From Acidobacteriota bacterium (GTDB taxonomy: Bacteria; Acidobacteriota; UBA6911; RPQK01; JAJDTT01): a stretch of DNA of 64,000 nt. How positions within the stretch are numbered: position 1 is the first letter of the stretch; each line of letters begins with the position of its first letter. The position numbers and the translations under genes were made by a program. The notes under the pieces were generated by a model. It did not search any database, was not told where the DNA came from, and saw only the letters and a list, made by a program, of their open reading frames with translations. Of this stretch, positions 1 to 10,490 are shown one piece after another. The stretch lies in assembly GCA_965263035.1 (NCBI GenBank), contig OZ253580.1, positions 5,888,001 to 5,952,000 of the forward strand. Direction: 5' to 3'.

Positions 1-262
1 GATCCAGACTTTGGGCAAAGGCCTTGACCGTGGCCAAGCCGATTCGAAGTCCGGTGAATGAGCCCGGACCCGCTGCCACGGCAAAACACCCCAGTTGGGT
101 GCGTTTCAACTGGAGACCATCGAGCAGAAACTCCACGCATGAGAGCACTTCTTCAGAATAGCGCAACGGCGCCTTCAACATGACCTGACCGATCACTTCG
201 GCGTTTCGGCTCAAGGCTATCCCGCCGCTGTTGGTGGCCGTATCGAGGGCCAGGATGTACAT
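1..262 (-). CDS. tsaB: tRNA threonylcarbamoyladenosine biosynthesis protein TsaB (runs off the window edge)
   Basis: Manual translation from ATG 262: MYILALDTATNSGG...AVAAGPGSFTGLRIGLATVKAFAQ. ILALDT and GPGSFTGLRIG are TsaB/YeaZ signatures. Confidence 0.93.
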   Translation of the reverse strand, partial: MYILALDTATNSGGIALSRNAEVIGQVMLKAPLRYSEEVLSCVEFLLDGLQLKRTQLGCFAVAAGPGSFTGLRIGLATVKAFAQSLD

Positions 263-359
263 GGCGAACACTCCCCGAACAGGGCTCCCGGACCGCGTTC
301 CGGAGCCCCGGAACTTGCGAAATTCCCGAAGTTTATTTCACACGTTGCTGATAAAGTAA

Positions 360-2864
360 ATGATTGTGGAACGCCTCACCCCGATGATGAAACAGTACCA
401 TGAGATCAAGCTTCGGCACCCGGGGATCCTCCTTTTTTTCCGCTTGGGCGATTTCTACGAGATGTTCTATGAGGATGCCGTCGTCGCCAGCCGCGATATG
501 GAGATCACCCTCACCGCCCGGAACAACAACGCCAATGGTCAACCCATTCCCATGTGCGGCGTGCCGCACCATGCCATCGAAACCTATCTGGGACGACTGA
601 TCCGAAAAGGCCATAAAGTCGCGTTGTGCGAGCAGGTCGAGGATCCTCGCCTGGTCAAGGGACTTGTGCGGCGCGAGGTGGTCCGCATCGTCACTCCCGG
701 GACCGTAATCGAGGAGGGCGTTCTCGACTCCAAGGAGAACAACTTTCTGGGTAGCCTCCTGCAACAGAATGACCGAGTCGGCCTCTCCTTTCTCGATCTC
801 TCCACGGGGGAATTCTGGATCACCGAGTTCAGCGGCCGGGACTCTTGGCGGCGGGCCCGGGAAGAGTTGGCGCTCTTTCGTCCCCGGGAGCTGGTACTGG
901 CGGAAAGGGACAGTTCCCGGATCGGAAAAGAGTTGTCCGCTAACGATTACCGGCAGGTCTCCCGCACCTTTCAGGAAGATTGGACTTTCGATTCCGACTA
1001 CGCCCGGCGCCTGCTCCTGGAACATTTCCAAGTGTCCACCCTGGAGGGCTTCGGCATCAATGGCCAGGGTGCGGCCGTATCGGCCGGGGGTTCCCTGCTC
1101 CATTACGTCCGGCAGACCCAGAAGGCTCCCCTGGACCACATTACCGAGGTGCGTCTCCTGGAAACGCGAGACCACCTCAAGATCGACGCGGCCAGCGTCC
1201 GAAATCTGGAACTGGTCCGGGAGCTGAACGGGGGGCGCCGCTGGACCCTCCTCTCGACCTTGGATTTCACCCGCACCGCCATGGGCGCACGCCTGTTGCG
1301 GCATCGGATCTTGCGGCCTTCCCTCGACCTGGAGCAGATCCGCGCAAGACAGGACGCAGTGGCTGAGTTGCAATCGTCTCTTCTCCAGATGGAGCGACTG
1401 GGTAAGCTCCTGGATTCGATCCAGGATCTGGAGCGGCTGCTGAGCCGCGTCACTCTGGGCACCGCCAACCCGAGAGATCTGGCGGCGCTCAAGACGTCAG
1501 TCCAGATACTGCCTCGATTGGCGCCCTTGCTGGAGCAATATGACAGCCGGTTGCTGGAACCACTCCAGGACACGCTGCCGGACGTGGCCGGGACATTGAA
1601 GACCTCCCTGGCCCAGAATCCCCCCGTCAGCTTGACGGAGGGAGGGATCATCGCGTCCGGTTTCCATGCCGAGTTGGACCAGCTTCGCGAGACAGCCCAT
1701 TCGGGAAAGTCGCTTCTGGCCCGTCTGGAATCCCAGGAACGAGAGCGGACGGGGATCTCCAGCCTCAAGGTCCGGTACAACAAGGTCTACGGCTACTTTA
1801 TCGAGGTCACCAGGACTCATTCCTCTTCTGTTCCCGAGGACTACGTCCGGCGTCAGACCCTGGTGGGTTCGGAACGGTTCATCACTCCCGAGCTCAAGGT
1901 CCACGAGGAGAAGGTTCTCCAGGCAGAAGAACGGATCTTCGAACTGGAACGAGATCTCTTCCTGCAGATCCGCCGTCAGATCGCCGGCGAAGCCGCCAGG
2001 ATTCAGAGCGCAGCCCGGCGTGTGGCGGAGCTGGACGTGTTGCTTTCGTTGGGCCAAGCCTCAAGAAAGAATGGCTACCGTAGACCTGAGGTCGACGACT
2101 CTTGCGATCTGGAAATCCACGAGGGAAGACATCCCGTGCTGGAGGTTCAGGACGGAGGTGAGCCATTCGTACCCAACCCGTTGCATACGAACAACGAATC
2201 CGATCAGATGCTGATCCTGACCGGTCCCAATATGGGGGGGAAGTCGACCTATCTTCGCCAGAATGCCCTCATTGTCATCATGGCCCAAATGGGTTCGTTC
2301 GTTCCGGCGGGCGAGGCGCGAATTGGCCTGGTGGACCAGATTTTCACCCGAGTCGGCGCCAGCGACGATCTCTCCCGCGGCCGCTCGACCTTCATGGTGG
2401 AGATGATCGAGACGGCAAACATCCTCAACAGCGCCACCCGGAGAAGCTTCATTCTGCTGGATGAAGTCGGACGCGGCACGGCCACGTTCGACGGACTCTC
2501 CATCGCCTGGGCCGTCGCCGAGTTCCTCCTGACCGAACCGGACCGCCGGGCCCGAACCCTCTTCGCGACCCACTACCAGGAACTGACCCAGTTGGAGCAG
2601 ATCTACGAAGGCGTCAAGAACTACCGGGTCGCAGTGAAGGAGTCGGGAGACAGGATTCTGCTTTTCCACCGAGTTCTGCCCGGCGTGGCCAACAAGAGCT
2701 ATGGAATCGAGGTGGCTCGGCTGGCAGGGCTACCGAGACGGGTGGTCGGACGCGCCCGGGAGATCCTCTCTCGGCTGGAACGCAAGGAACTCAACCTCTC
2801 GGGCAACTCCCCGCAGCCTCACGTTTCCAAACCCTTCGACCAGCTTCAGGGGACTCTCTTCTGA
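360..2864 (+). CDS. mutS: DNA mismatch repair protein MutS
   Basis: TPMMKQY, FFRLGDFYEMF, Walker A TGPNMGGKST, STFMVEM, DEVGRGT, FATHY, SYGIEVA. Confidence 0.98.
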   Translation: MIVERLTPMMKQYHEIKLRHPGILLFFRLGDFYEMFYEDAVVASRDMEITLTARNNNANGQPIPMCGVPHHAIETYLGRLIRKGHKVALCEQVEDPRLVKGLVRREVVRIVTPGTVIEEGVLDSKENNFLGSLLQQNDRVGLSFLDLSTGEFWITEFSGRDSWRRAREELALFRPRELVLAERDSSRIGKELSANDYRQVSRTFQEDWTFDSDYARRLLLEHFQVSTLEGFGINGQGAAVSAGGSLLHYVRQTQKAPLDHITEVRLLETRDHLKIDAASVRNLELVRELNGGRRWTLLSTLDFTRTAMGARLLRHRILRPSLDLEQIRARQDAVAELQSSLLQMERLGKLLDSIQDLERLLSRVTLGTANPRDLAALKTSVQILPRLAPLLEQYDSRLLEPLQDTLPDVAGTLKTSLAQNPPVSLTEGGIIASGFHAELDQLRETAHSGKSLLARLESQERERTGISSLKVRYNKVYGYFIEVTRTHSSSVPEDYVRRQTLVGSERFITPELKVHEEKVLQAEERIFELERDLFLQIRRQIAGEAARIQSAARRVAELDVLLSLGQASRKNGYRRPEVDDSCDLEIHEGRHPVLEVQDGGEPFVPNPLHTNNESDQMLILTGPNMGGKSTYLRQNALIVIMAQMGSFVPAGEARIGLVDQIFTRVGASDDLSRGRSTFMVEMIETANILNSATRRSFILLDEVGRGTATFDGLSIAWAVAEFLLTEPDRRARTLFATHYQELTQLEQIYEGVKNYRVAVKESGDRILLFHRVLPGVANKSYGIEVARLAGLPRRVVGRAREILSRLERKELNLSGNSPQPHVSKPFDQLQGTLF

Positions 2865-2931
2865 TTCCGGCCTCGAATTCCCAGGTCTATCGAACTGAGG
2901 CGCCGCCGGCAGATTTCGTGGGGACCGTGAA

Positions 2932-4533
2932 TTGAAGCGGTTCACGCTGGCGGGAATGGCATTGCTGGCGCTCCCGCTGTTCGTGTCTCTCGGCACCTCC
3001 TCCATCTGGGACTCGAACGAAGCCTTTTACGTTCAGACCCCTCGCGAAATGGCGGAACACGGGGATTGGATCGTTCCCCGCTTCAACGGCCAACCGCGAT
3101 TGAACAAACCCCCACTCAGCTATTGGCTGGTCGCCGCAGCCTACTCGTTATTTGGGGTCTCCGTCTTCTGGGAACGGCTGATTCTGGCCTTCTTGGCCTA
3201 CGCCTCCGTGTGGGCCGTTTTTCTCTCCGGACGTATTCTGGTCTCGGAACGGTCGGCATTGCTGGCGGCCGTCCTGTTCGCCACCACCTTCCGCTTCCAG
3301 ATCCTGGCTCGCAGGCTTCTCATCGACGTCCTGCTCCTGTTCTGCATCCTGGCGGCTCTGACCGCTTTCCTCTACTGGTGGAAGAGGAATCGTGATTCAG
3401 GCCTGGTCCTGGCGGCTCTCTTTCTGGGACTGGGAGTGTTGGCCAAAGGCCCGGTCATCCTCTTGCCTGCGCTCATTCTCGCCGTCTACACGTTCCTTAC
3501 GGTGCCGCCCGAACAGTTGCGCCGAGCTCCCTGGGTCCGTTCGCTCCTGGTGTTTTGCCTGGTCTCAAGTTCCTGGTATCTGCTGCTGGGGTTCACCCAA
3601 GGCTGGGACTCGGTGTTCGACTTCCTCTGGAAAGAGAATCTGGGCCGTTTCACCCACGTGGACTTCGGTCCCCAGCGGGGGCTCCAATACTATCCGCTGG
3701 TTTTTCTGGCTGATTATCTTCCCTGGTCGATCCTCCTTCTCGGCGCTTTGGCCGGCAGGTGGACCTCCCGCCAATACCCGGACCGCAATCTCTCCACCCT
3801 CCTCGCCCTCTGGCTGGGAGCCTTTCTCGTCTTCTTCTCCCTTTCTCACAACAAGCAGGAGTACTACATCCTCCCCGTTTACCCGGTGGCTTCCCTGTGG
3901 CTGGCCGCCTATCTGGACAGGGAGACATTGCCCGGCTGGAGCCGGTGGCTGATTTGCGGAGTCCTGCTCGCCGTCACCACGTCCCTGGCCGTTCTGGCTT
4001 ATTCCCTGTTCCGGGACGTGGCTGGGTGGTGGCTTCCCGTTCTCTTACTGGCGGGAGTTGCGTTGGGAGTGGCCGGATCACGGATTCGCCTGGCAGCTTG
4101 GACCTTGAGTCTCTTCTACGCGCTGGCTTTCCACGTCTACCTTCAACCTTTGGAAGAGTACCGTCCGGTCCGTCACCTGGCGGAGATCATCCGCTCCAGA
4201 ATCCCGTCCGGAGATCCTGTGACCGCCGGCTACTATCGATTGTCGACTCCAAGCCTCGCCTACTATCTGAATTCGCCTGTTCTGGAGCTCGGAACACTGG
4301 GACAGGCCCTGGAGGCGCTGCGGGCACCTCGGCCCGTCTATTTGATCATGGCTGCAGATGACTACACTGACCTGAAGAGGGAAATGGGTCCAACCCTGAA
4401 AATTGAGGGAGTCCGACCCAAACTGTATACTATCGGTTCCACGCTGGTCGAAGGATGGAAACTTGGCCGACTCGACACTCGCTCCGAGGCTTGGACCCGC
4501 CCCGTCTACTTGGTCAGCAACCAGGGTGGATGA
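2932..4533 (+). CDS. ArnT/GT39-like (GT-C) membrane glycosyltransferase
   Basis: WDSNEAFY...REM...W.VPRFNGQPRLNKPPL.YW, LAKGPV, many TM segments, K.EYYILP. Confidence 0.85.
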   Translation: MKRFTLAGMALLALPLFVSLGTSSIWDSNEAFYVQTPREMAEHGDWIVPRFNGQPRLNKPPLSYWLVAAAYSLFGVSVFWERLILAFLAYASVWAVFLSGRILVSERSALLAAVLFATTFRFQILARRLLIDVLLLFCILAALTAFLYWWKRNRDSGLVLAALFLGLGVLAKGPVILLPALILAVYTFLTVPPEQLRRAPWVRSLLVFCLVSSSWYLLLGFTQGWDSVFDFLWKENLGRFTHVDFGPQRGLQYYPLVFLADYLPWSILLLGALAGRWTSRQYPDRNLSTLLALWLGAFLVFFSLSHNKQEYYILPVYPVASLWLAAYLDRETLPGWSRWLICGVLLAVTTSLAVLAYSLFRDVAGWWLPVLLLAGVALGVAGSRIRLAAWTLSLFYALAFHVYLQPLEEYRPVRHLAEIIRSRIPSGDPVTAGYYRLSTPSLAYYLNSPVLELGTLGQALEALRAPRPVYLIMAADDYTDLKREMGPTLKIEGVRPKLYTIGSTLVEGWKLGRLDTRSEAWTRPVYLVSNQGG

Positions 4534-5524
4534 GCCCCCACCAAGGCTGTCCATCATCGTTCCCGTCTACAACGAAAGACCCAATTTGGAGATCCTGTAC
4601 CAAGATTTGACGCGGGTTCTCCAAGGGCTCAAGCCCGACTACGAGATTCTCTTCATCGACGACGGAAGCAGCGACGGAGGAAGTCGAATCCTGGCCGATC
4701 TCGCCGCACGGGACCATCATGTCCTGGTGCTGCAATTCGCTCGGAACTTCGGACAGACGGCAGCCCTGTCGGCCGGTTTCGACCATGCCCGGGGCGAGGT
4801 AATCATTCCCATGGATGCCGATCTCCAGAACGATCCCGCCGACATTCCGCAGATCCTGGACAAACTCGACGAGGGGTACGATGTGGTCAGTTGCTGGAGA
4901 AAGGATCGGCAAGACCCGTGGCTGACCCGGATTCTCCCCTCTCGGGCCGCCAATCGAATCATCAGCTGGATCAGCGGAGTCCGCCTCCACGACTATGGAT
5001 GCACGCTCAAGGGTTACCGGAGCGAAATCCTGCAACATATCCGTCTCTATGGAGAGATGCACCGGTTCATTCCAGTCTATGCGAGTTGGACGGGAGCCAG
5101 AGTGACGGAGATCCCGGTCCGCCATCACCCCCGTAGGCACGGAAGATCCAAGTATGGCCTCCTGCGGACCCTCAAGGTTCCTCTGGATCTGATGACCGTC
5201 AAGTTTCTGGTCAGCTATTCCACCAAGCCCATGTATCTCTTTGGCGGATTGGGGCTGGTCTCGATCCTGTCCGGATGGCTGCTCAGCGCGCTCGCCCTCT
5301 ACGAGAAGTTTATTCACGATGTGAAGGTCCACCGCAATCCCCTCCTCCTGCTTTCGGTGTTCCTCTGCATCGTCGGAATCCAATTCATTCTGTTCGGCCT
5401 GGTGGCGGAGCTCATCATCCGGACGTACCATGAGTCGCAGGGTAAGCCGACCTACATTCTCAGCCGGACGATCCGAAAGGAACAGGAGTCCCGATCGCAC
5501 TCGCGCGGCTCGGTCCCGGAGTAA
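4526..5524 (+). CDS. GT2 polyprenol-phosphate glycosyltransferase (ArnC/GtrB-like)
   Basis: LSIIVPVYNE, IDDGSSD, RNFGQTAA, MDADLQNDP, two C-terminal TMs. GTG start overlaps the upstream gene end. Confidence 0.9.
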   Translation: MDEPPPRLSIIVPVYNERPNLEILYQDLTRVLQGLKPDYEILFIDDGSSDGGSRILADLAARDHHVLVLQFARNFGQTAALSAGFDHARGEVIIPMDADLQNDPADIPQILDKLDEGYDVVSCWRKDRQDPWLTRILPSRAANRIISWISGVRLHDYGCTLKGYRSEILQHIRLYGEMHRFIPVYASWTGARVTEIPVRHHPRRHGRSKYGLLRTLKVPLDLMTVKFLVSYSTKPMYLFGGLGLVSILSGWLLSALALYEKFIHDVKVHRNPLLLLSVFLCIVGIQFILFGLVAELIIRTYHESQGKPTYILSRTIRKEQESRSHSRGSVPE

Positions 5525-5528
5525 TCAC

Positions 5529-6986
5529 ATGCAGGTTCTGGATTGGCTGCTGACGAACACGACGACGGTCTCGGGTTGGATCTGGGGTCTACCCATGATC
5601 GTGCTCCTCTTCGGTACCGGGATCCTCCTGACCGGGATGACCCGTTTTGTCCAGATTCGTCATCTGGCCAGCTCCATCCGGCAGATCTTGAAGGGACCCA
5701 AGGCCGAGACCCGGGACCACCGGCGGTCCCAGGGGGATATCACCCCGTTTCAGGCCCTGATGACCGCGTTGTCGGCGACTGTGGGCAATGGAAACATCGC
5801 CGGCGTCGCGACGGCCATTGCGGCCGGCGGTCCGGGAGCCGCCTTCTGGATGTGGATCACCGCTGTCTTCGGAATGGCCACCAAGTACTCGGAAGCGGTT
5901 CTGGCCATCCTCTTCCGCCGGCGCATGCGGGACGGAACCATGGCCGGCGGGCCCATGTACTACTGTCGAGACGGCGTCAGGGGGCGCCTGGGTTTCGTCT
6001 TGGGGGGCATATTCGCCGTGTGCGGTGCGGCGACCGCCCTTTTTGGAACGGGAAACATGTTCCAGTCCCAGTCCATGGCCATGGCCGTCCGGGAGCAGTT
6101 CGGAACTCCTCAATGGGTGACCGGTCTGATCATGAGCCTGTTGGTCGGCTTGGTGATCATCGGCGGAATACGCCGGATCGGAGCCGTGGCCGAGCGTCTG
6201 GTCCCGGTGATGATCATTTTCTACTTTTCCGGAGCGTTGCTGGTGATCGTCAGCAACATCTCGCTGGTCCCGGACGCCTTCCGGCTGATCGTCGTCTCCG
6301 CCTTCAGTCCTCAGGCGGTCTTTGGGGGAAGCGTGGGCATCGGAGTTCAGCAGGCGATGCGATTCGGAGTGGCTCGCGGCGTCCTCTCCAACGAGTCCGG
6401 TCTGGGCAGTGCGGCCATCGCCCATGGGGCTGCCCGGACTCGATTCCCCGTCGTCCAGGGTGGCATCGCCATGATGGGCACCTTCATCGACACCATCATC
6501 GTTTGCACGCTCACGGCTCTGGCCATTACCGTCTCCGGCGCCTACCGCAGTGCTTCCTTCCTGGTGGAGGACGGTCTCCTGGGGGCCGATCTCACCGTGC
6601 ACGCTTTCAGCGTGGGCATGCCCGATTGGACCGGAGGATGGGGAGGACTGGTCGTCGCCTTCGCCTCCCTGGTCTTCGGGTTCACTACGCTGGTCGGTTG
6701 GAGCTATTACGGTCAGATCTGCTGCGAGTATCTCTTCGGCCTGAAAGTCGTCAAGCCGTACCGGATCCTCTTCGTGGTGCTCCTGTTCGCGGGAGCGCTG
6801 CTCACCGGGCGCTATTCCTCGATCATCACCAACGTGGGGGACATCTGTAACGCCGCAATGGCGTTTCCCAATCTCATCGCGCTGATCTTCCTGAGCCGCC
6901 GGGTCGCGGACGTCACTCGGAAAACCTACGAGGCGGGAGATCCCTACGCGGCTCGCGTGCCCCGGCTGCCTGATCCTATCGGTTAG
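5529..6986 (+). CDS. Sodium:alanine/glycine symporter (AgcS/AlsT family)
   Basis: ALSATVGNGNIAGVA.AI..GGPGA.FWMW, GGPMYY, RGVLSNESGLGSA.IAH, FIDTIIVCT. Confidence 0.92.
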   Translation: MQVLDWLLTNTTTVSGWIWGLPMIVLLFGTGILLTGMTRFVQIRHLASSIRQILKGPKAETRDHRRSQGDITPFQALMTALSATVGNGNIAGVATAIAAGGPGAAFWMWITAVFGMATKYSEAVLAILFRRRMRDGTMAGGPMYYCRDGVRGRLGFVLGGIFAVCGAATALFGTGNMFQSQSMAMAVREQFGTPQWVTGLIMSLLVGLVIIGGIRRIGAVAERLVPVMIIFYFSGALLVIVSNISLVPDAFRLIVVSAFSPQAVFGGSVGIGVQQAMRFGVARGVLSNESGLGSAAIAHGAARTRFPVVQGGIAMMGTFIDTIIVCTLTALAITVSGAYRSASFLVEDGLLGADLTVHAFSVGMPDWTGGWGGLVVAFASLVFGFTTLVGWSYYGQICCEYLFGLKVVKPYRILFVVLLFAGALLTGRYSSIITNVGDICNAAMAFPNLIALIFLSRRVADVTRKTYEAGDPYAARVPRLPDPIG

Positions 6987-7031
6987 TTTCCGGAAGGTGG
7001 ATACACGGGGAGTATCCGGATTCGAGCGACG

Positions 7032-7970
7032 TCACGGGGAAGCGGACCGGTCGGACGCTCGGGGCGGGAGTCCCGCCGCCTCTACGATTTCGGCCACCAA
7101 TTCTTCCTGCCGATAGGCCATGACGTGGACTCCGCTGATCCCGGGAATCTCCCGGGCCTCGCGAATGATCTCGACACAAATCTGCATGCCCTCGCGGCGC
7201 TGCCGGTTACCGGGAACTCCCTTGAGACGGCGGATCACCTCGTCCGGGATCACCACGCCAGGGACGTTGGTCCGGATCCATTCGGCCGCCTTGGCCGATC
7301 GTAGCGGGCCGACACCCAACAGGAAGAAGACCTTCTCGTGCAAGCCCAACTCTCGCGTCGACTTCATGAATTGGCGGAGTCTGGACATGTCAAAGCAGTA
7401 CTGGCTCTGAATGAAATCCGCTCCCGCCTCGATCTTCTTCAGCAGCCGGAAGGGACGATAATCGAAGGGGGGAGCGAAGGGATTGCTGGCCGCCCCGAGA
7501 AAAATCCGGGGGTTGGATTCCAGCTTCCTGCCGCTCAGGAAGCGGCCCTCGTCCCGGAGCAGGCAGGCCGTTCTCAAAAGATTCATGCAATCCAGATCGA
7601 AGACCGGCTTGGCGTCCGGATGGTCGCCCACGCCCACGCCGTCGCCCGTCAGGCACAGCACGTTCCGGATCCCCAGTGCGGCGGCTCCCAGCAGGTCTCC
7701 CTGAATGGCGATCCGGTTCCGGTCCCGGCAGGCGACCTGAAGCACCGGCTCGTAGCCCGCCTTCACCAGCAAGGAACAGACGGCCACGCTGGACATGTGG
7801 ACATGGGCGCCGGAAGCATCCGTGGCGTTGATGGCATCACACACCGGGGCCAGGACCAGCGCCCTTTCGTAGACCGAATTCGGGTCTGCGGTGTCGGGGG
7901 AATTGATCTCGGCGGTGACGGCGAATCCGCCCGAGCGAAGTACCCGCTCCAGCCTGGAGCCGGACTTCAT
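7032..7970 (-). CDS. metF: Methylenetetrahydrofolate reductase MetF
   Basis: FAVTAE, DAINATD, CRDRNRIAIQGDLLGA, LCLTGD, KIEAGADFIQSQ. Start taken at MKSGSRL. Confidence 0.93.
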   Translation of the reverse strand: MKSGSRLERVLRSGGFAVTAEINSPDTADPNSVYERALVLAPVCDAINATDASGAHVHMSSVAVCSLLVKAGYEPVLQVACRDRNRIAIQGDLLGAAALGIRNVLCLTGDGVGVGDHPDAKPVFDLDCMNLLRTACLLRDEGRFLSGRKLESNPRIFLGAASNPFAPPFDYRPFRLLKKIEAGADFIQSQYCFDMSRLRQFMKSTRELGLHEKVFFLLGVGPLRSAKAAEWIRTNVPGVVIPDEVIRRLKGVPGNRQRREGMQICVEIIREAREIPGISGVHVMAYRQEELVAEIVEAAGLPPRASDRSASP

Positions 7971-7975
7971 GGGGT

Positions 7976-8428
7976 TCACTGCTTCCAATGGGATCCCGCG
8001 TTTCCGGCGTCCGAGAAGTGGTTGACCCAGGCGGACGATCCCTGGCGGTCGTGACTCAGCGGAGGAAGCACGTGGAGGATCTCGGACCCAAAATGGGGCA
8101 TCTTTCTGGATCGTTCCCAAGCCTGCACCCAGACGCACGGCATCTCGGGAACCACCTCGCAATGTCCGTTCGGCCGCACCCCGCCACAGGGGCCGTTGCG
8201 GAGATTCTTGGGACAGGTCATGGGACAGGTCATCCCGGTGCTGTGCAGGACGCACTGTCCGCACATGCGACAGTCGAACACGGCGCCTTTGGTCAATCGC
8301 TCCGCCGGAATCAGGAGCCGTTCGATCCGGCTCCCGGGTTTGAGCGACGACCGGAACCAACCAAGAATTTTTAGACTAATCAGATAGATCGACTCCAATA
8401 CCTGAGGATGGTTCTGAAGGAATCTCAC
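7976..8428 (-). CDS. metV: MetV-type MTHFR small subunit (Cys-rich Fe-S/Zn domain)
   Basis: CRMCGQC...CPMTCPKNLRNGPCGG...CEV...CVW, adjacent to metF. GTG start inferred. Confidence 0.85.
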   Translation of the reverse strand: MRFLQNHPQVLESIYLISLKILGWFRSSLKPGSRIERLLIPAERLTKGAVFDCRMCGQCVLHSTGMTCPMTCPKNLRNGPCGGVRPNGHCEVVPEMPCVWVQAWERSRKMPHFGSEILHVLPPLSHDRQGSSAWVNHFSDAGNAGSHWKQ

Positions 8429-8447
8429 AGTTTTCCCCTGCGCTTGT

Positions 8448-10085
8448 TCAGCCTGTCGGACCCGAATCCAGTACCGCCGGCATGGCCTTGAACAGACATC
8501 CTTCCACAAAAATATCGAAGAAGTCTTCGGTCGTCTCCAACTCGATGTGTTCAATACGCCTGACCATCTCCTCGATGCGACGCCTGAGGGTCCGGCTGGT
8601 CAACATGAGTGTGGCTCCCTCAAGCGCGCTGTTTCCCACCTTGGCTACGCGGCCTTGGGGAAGCGGGGGGATGAACCCGATGGACATGGCGTTGTCCACG
8701 TTGACGTAGTTGGCGAAGCCTCCCGCCAGATAGAGCCGCTTGAGCTGGACCGGCGAGACCCCGTACTTCCTCAGAACGATCCACTGACCCGAGTAGTTGG
8801 CGGCCTTGGCCTGGGCCAGCGCGCTGATATCGGCTCGGGAGAGGAAAATCCCGCGTTCGCCCGGAATGGTGAAGCGGTCCAGCCCGCCTGCAAGAACACC
8901 GAGATAGTTCATGTCCTCGGTCCGGAGCAACTCTGCCAGGAGGTCGATCAAGCCCGAACCGCAGATCCCCTCCGGCGCGGCTCCACCGATGGTCTTCCAA
9001 ATCACCGCTCCGTTCCGGAGTTCGACCGACTCGATGGCGCCTTCGTAGCCGGGCATGCCATAGGTGATCTCGCCCCCCTCGAAGGCCGGTCCGGCGGGGC
9101 AAGAGGCGGCCATCATGCCATGGCGATTGCCGACCACCACTTCCGTGTTGGTTCCCACATCCACCAACATGACCACGTCTTCTTCCTCATCCATGCCGAC
9201 GGCAAGAAGGTCGGCGGCCACGTCGGCGCCGACATGGGAACCGATCAGCGGCCCCCCGTAAACGTTGGCGCCAGGGTGGACCCTGAGTCCCAGATCCCGA
9301 GCCTGGAAATTCAGGACAGTGTCGGCCCTTTCGCCCCGTTCCATTTCCAGTTGGGTGCTGGACTGGTACGGTTTCTCGCCGATGGACTGGATGTCGAGAC
9401 CGAAAAACAGGTCCCGCATGGCAGCGTTGCCCACGATCACGACCTCGTAGATCTGGCGCCGTGGAACCCCCGCCATCCGACGCAGTTCGCGGATCTCATA
9501 GTTGAGTCCGGCAATCACCGAGTTCTGAAGCTCCCCGTGAAAAGATCCACCGTCATAGGAAATCCGGCGCATGATGTCGCTGCCGCCGAATCTCTGCGGA
9601 TTTTCGAACGAACCGGTGTACAGGATGCCTCCGCTTCGCAGATCCACCAGATTGAAGGCGATGGTCGTCGTCCCCAGGTCCACGGCAAGGCCGTAGATCC
9701 CCCCCCGATAGGAGTCGATGACGTTGCCGTCATAGACGACATCGGTTCCCTGAAGCCGAGTCATTGGCTCGATGGGAGCTTGGCGGCGAACGGCTTGGGT
9801 AAGGATCCTGGGACGGCGGCGCAACAGGGCAAATTCAATGTTGGCGTTCGCGTCCAGAACCCGCGCTTGACAGGCAAGCCGATAGTCGTCGCGAAGAAAC
9901 TGCTCGGCCTCGGTGCCTGGGGTCAGTGCTTCCCCGCCCCGGAGGATCTGGACAATACACTCGTGACACTCGCCACTACGGCGACAGGAGGTGGGGACCC
10001 GCACCCGAAGGTCGTCGGCATAGTCGAAAACGGTCTTGCCGGGCACAAGATCCAGCTTGCGATTACCGTAATTGAGGGGCGACAT
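8448..10085 (-). CDS. ATP-dependent reductive activator of corrinoid proteins (RACo/RamA-like; 2Fe-2S + ASKHA)
   Basis: N-terminal C...ECHEC...RLACQA, DLGTTT, DVGTNTE, AGPAFEGG, GICGSGLID, YLAGGF, GNSALEGA. Confidence 0.92.
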   Translation of the reverse strand: MSPLNYGNRKLDLVPGKTVFDYADDLRVRVPTSCRRSGECHECIVQILRGGEALTPGTEAEQFLRDDYRLACQARVLDANANIEFALLRRRPRILTQAVRRQAPIEPMTRLQGTDVVYDGNVIDSYRGGIYGLAVDLGTTTIAFNLVDLRSGGILYTGSFENPQRFGGSDIMRRISYDGGSFHGELQNSVIAGLNYEIRELRRMAGVPRRQIYEVVIVGNAAMRDLFFGLDIQSIGEKPYQSSTQLEMERGERADTVLNFQARDLGLRVHPGANVYGGPLIGSHVGADVAADLLAVGMDEEEDVVMLVDVGTNTEVVVGNRHGMMAASCPAGPAFEGGEITYGMPGYEGAIESVELRNGAVIWKTIGGAAPEGICGSGLIDLLAELLRTEDMNYLGVLAGGLDRFTIPGERGIFLSRADISALAQAKAANYSGQWIVLRKYGVSPVQLKRLYLAGGFANYVNVDNAMSIGFIPPLPQGRVAKVGNSALEGATLMLTSRTLRRRIEEMVRRIEHIELETTEDFFDIFVEGCLFKAMPAVLDSGPTG

Positions 10086-10198
10086 GAAAGCGCGCTCCCA
10101 ACGCCAGCGACCCACCGGGGCGATTGCAAGTACGTCTAGTGAAAGTGGTCACGGAATCCGGTCAGCTCACAGCCCGCGGCAAACGCCGTGCCGGAAGG

Positions 10199-10465
10199 CT
10201 AAGCTTCCCAGGCATCCCGATAATCCAGATCGTCACTTCCGGTACAGAGTGGCAACCCTGCAGAACCATGACGCCTGGACTGGTTTCGACACCCGAAACG
10301 GGCGGTGCAGCAATCTTGGGCATTCTTGTAGGGACACCGCCACTTGGATACGAGATTGGCGTTTTCGCCGATCTGCCGGTAGATCTCCCAAAGGCGATCC
10401 AGACTGGCCTTGAGTTTGGCCTTGTCAACAGGTTGGAAGTTCCCGGGGGCGTCTGTTCGCGGCAC
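10199..10465 (-). CDS. Small Cys-rich hypothetical protein inside the methyl-transfer operon
   Basis: WRCPYKNAQDCCTARFGCRNQ...LPLC..DDLDYR.AWE fills the gap between the corrinoid and RACo genes. Start uncertain. Confidence 0.6.
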   Translation of the reverse strand: MPRTDAPGNFQPVDKAKLKASLDRLWEIYRQIGENANLVSKWRCPYKNAQDCCTARFGCRNQSRRHGSAGLPLCTGSDDLDYRDAWEA

Positions 10466-10490
10466 TGGACTATATCCGACGAGGAGTATC

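Noticed and set aside
282-308. GC hairpin between tsaB and mutS (also 20041-20069)
   Set aside because: Short stems without U-tracts are common by chance at this GC content.
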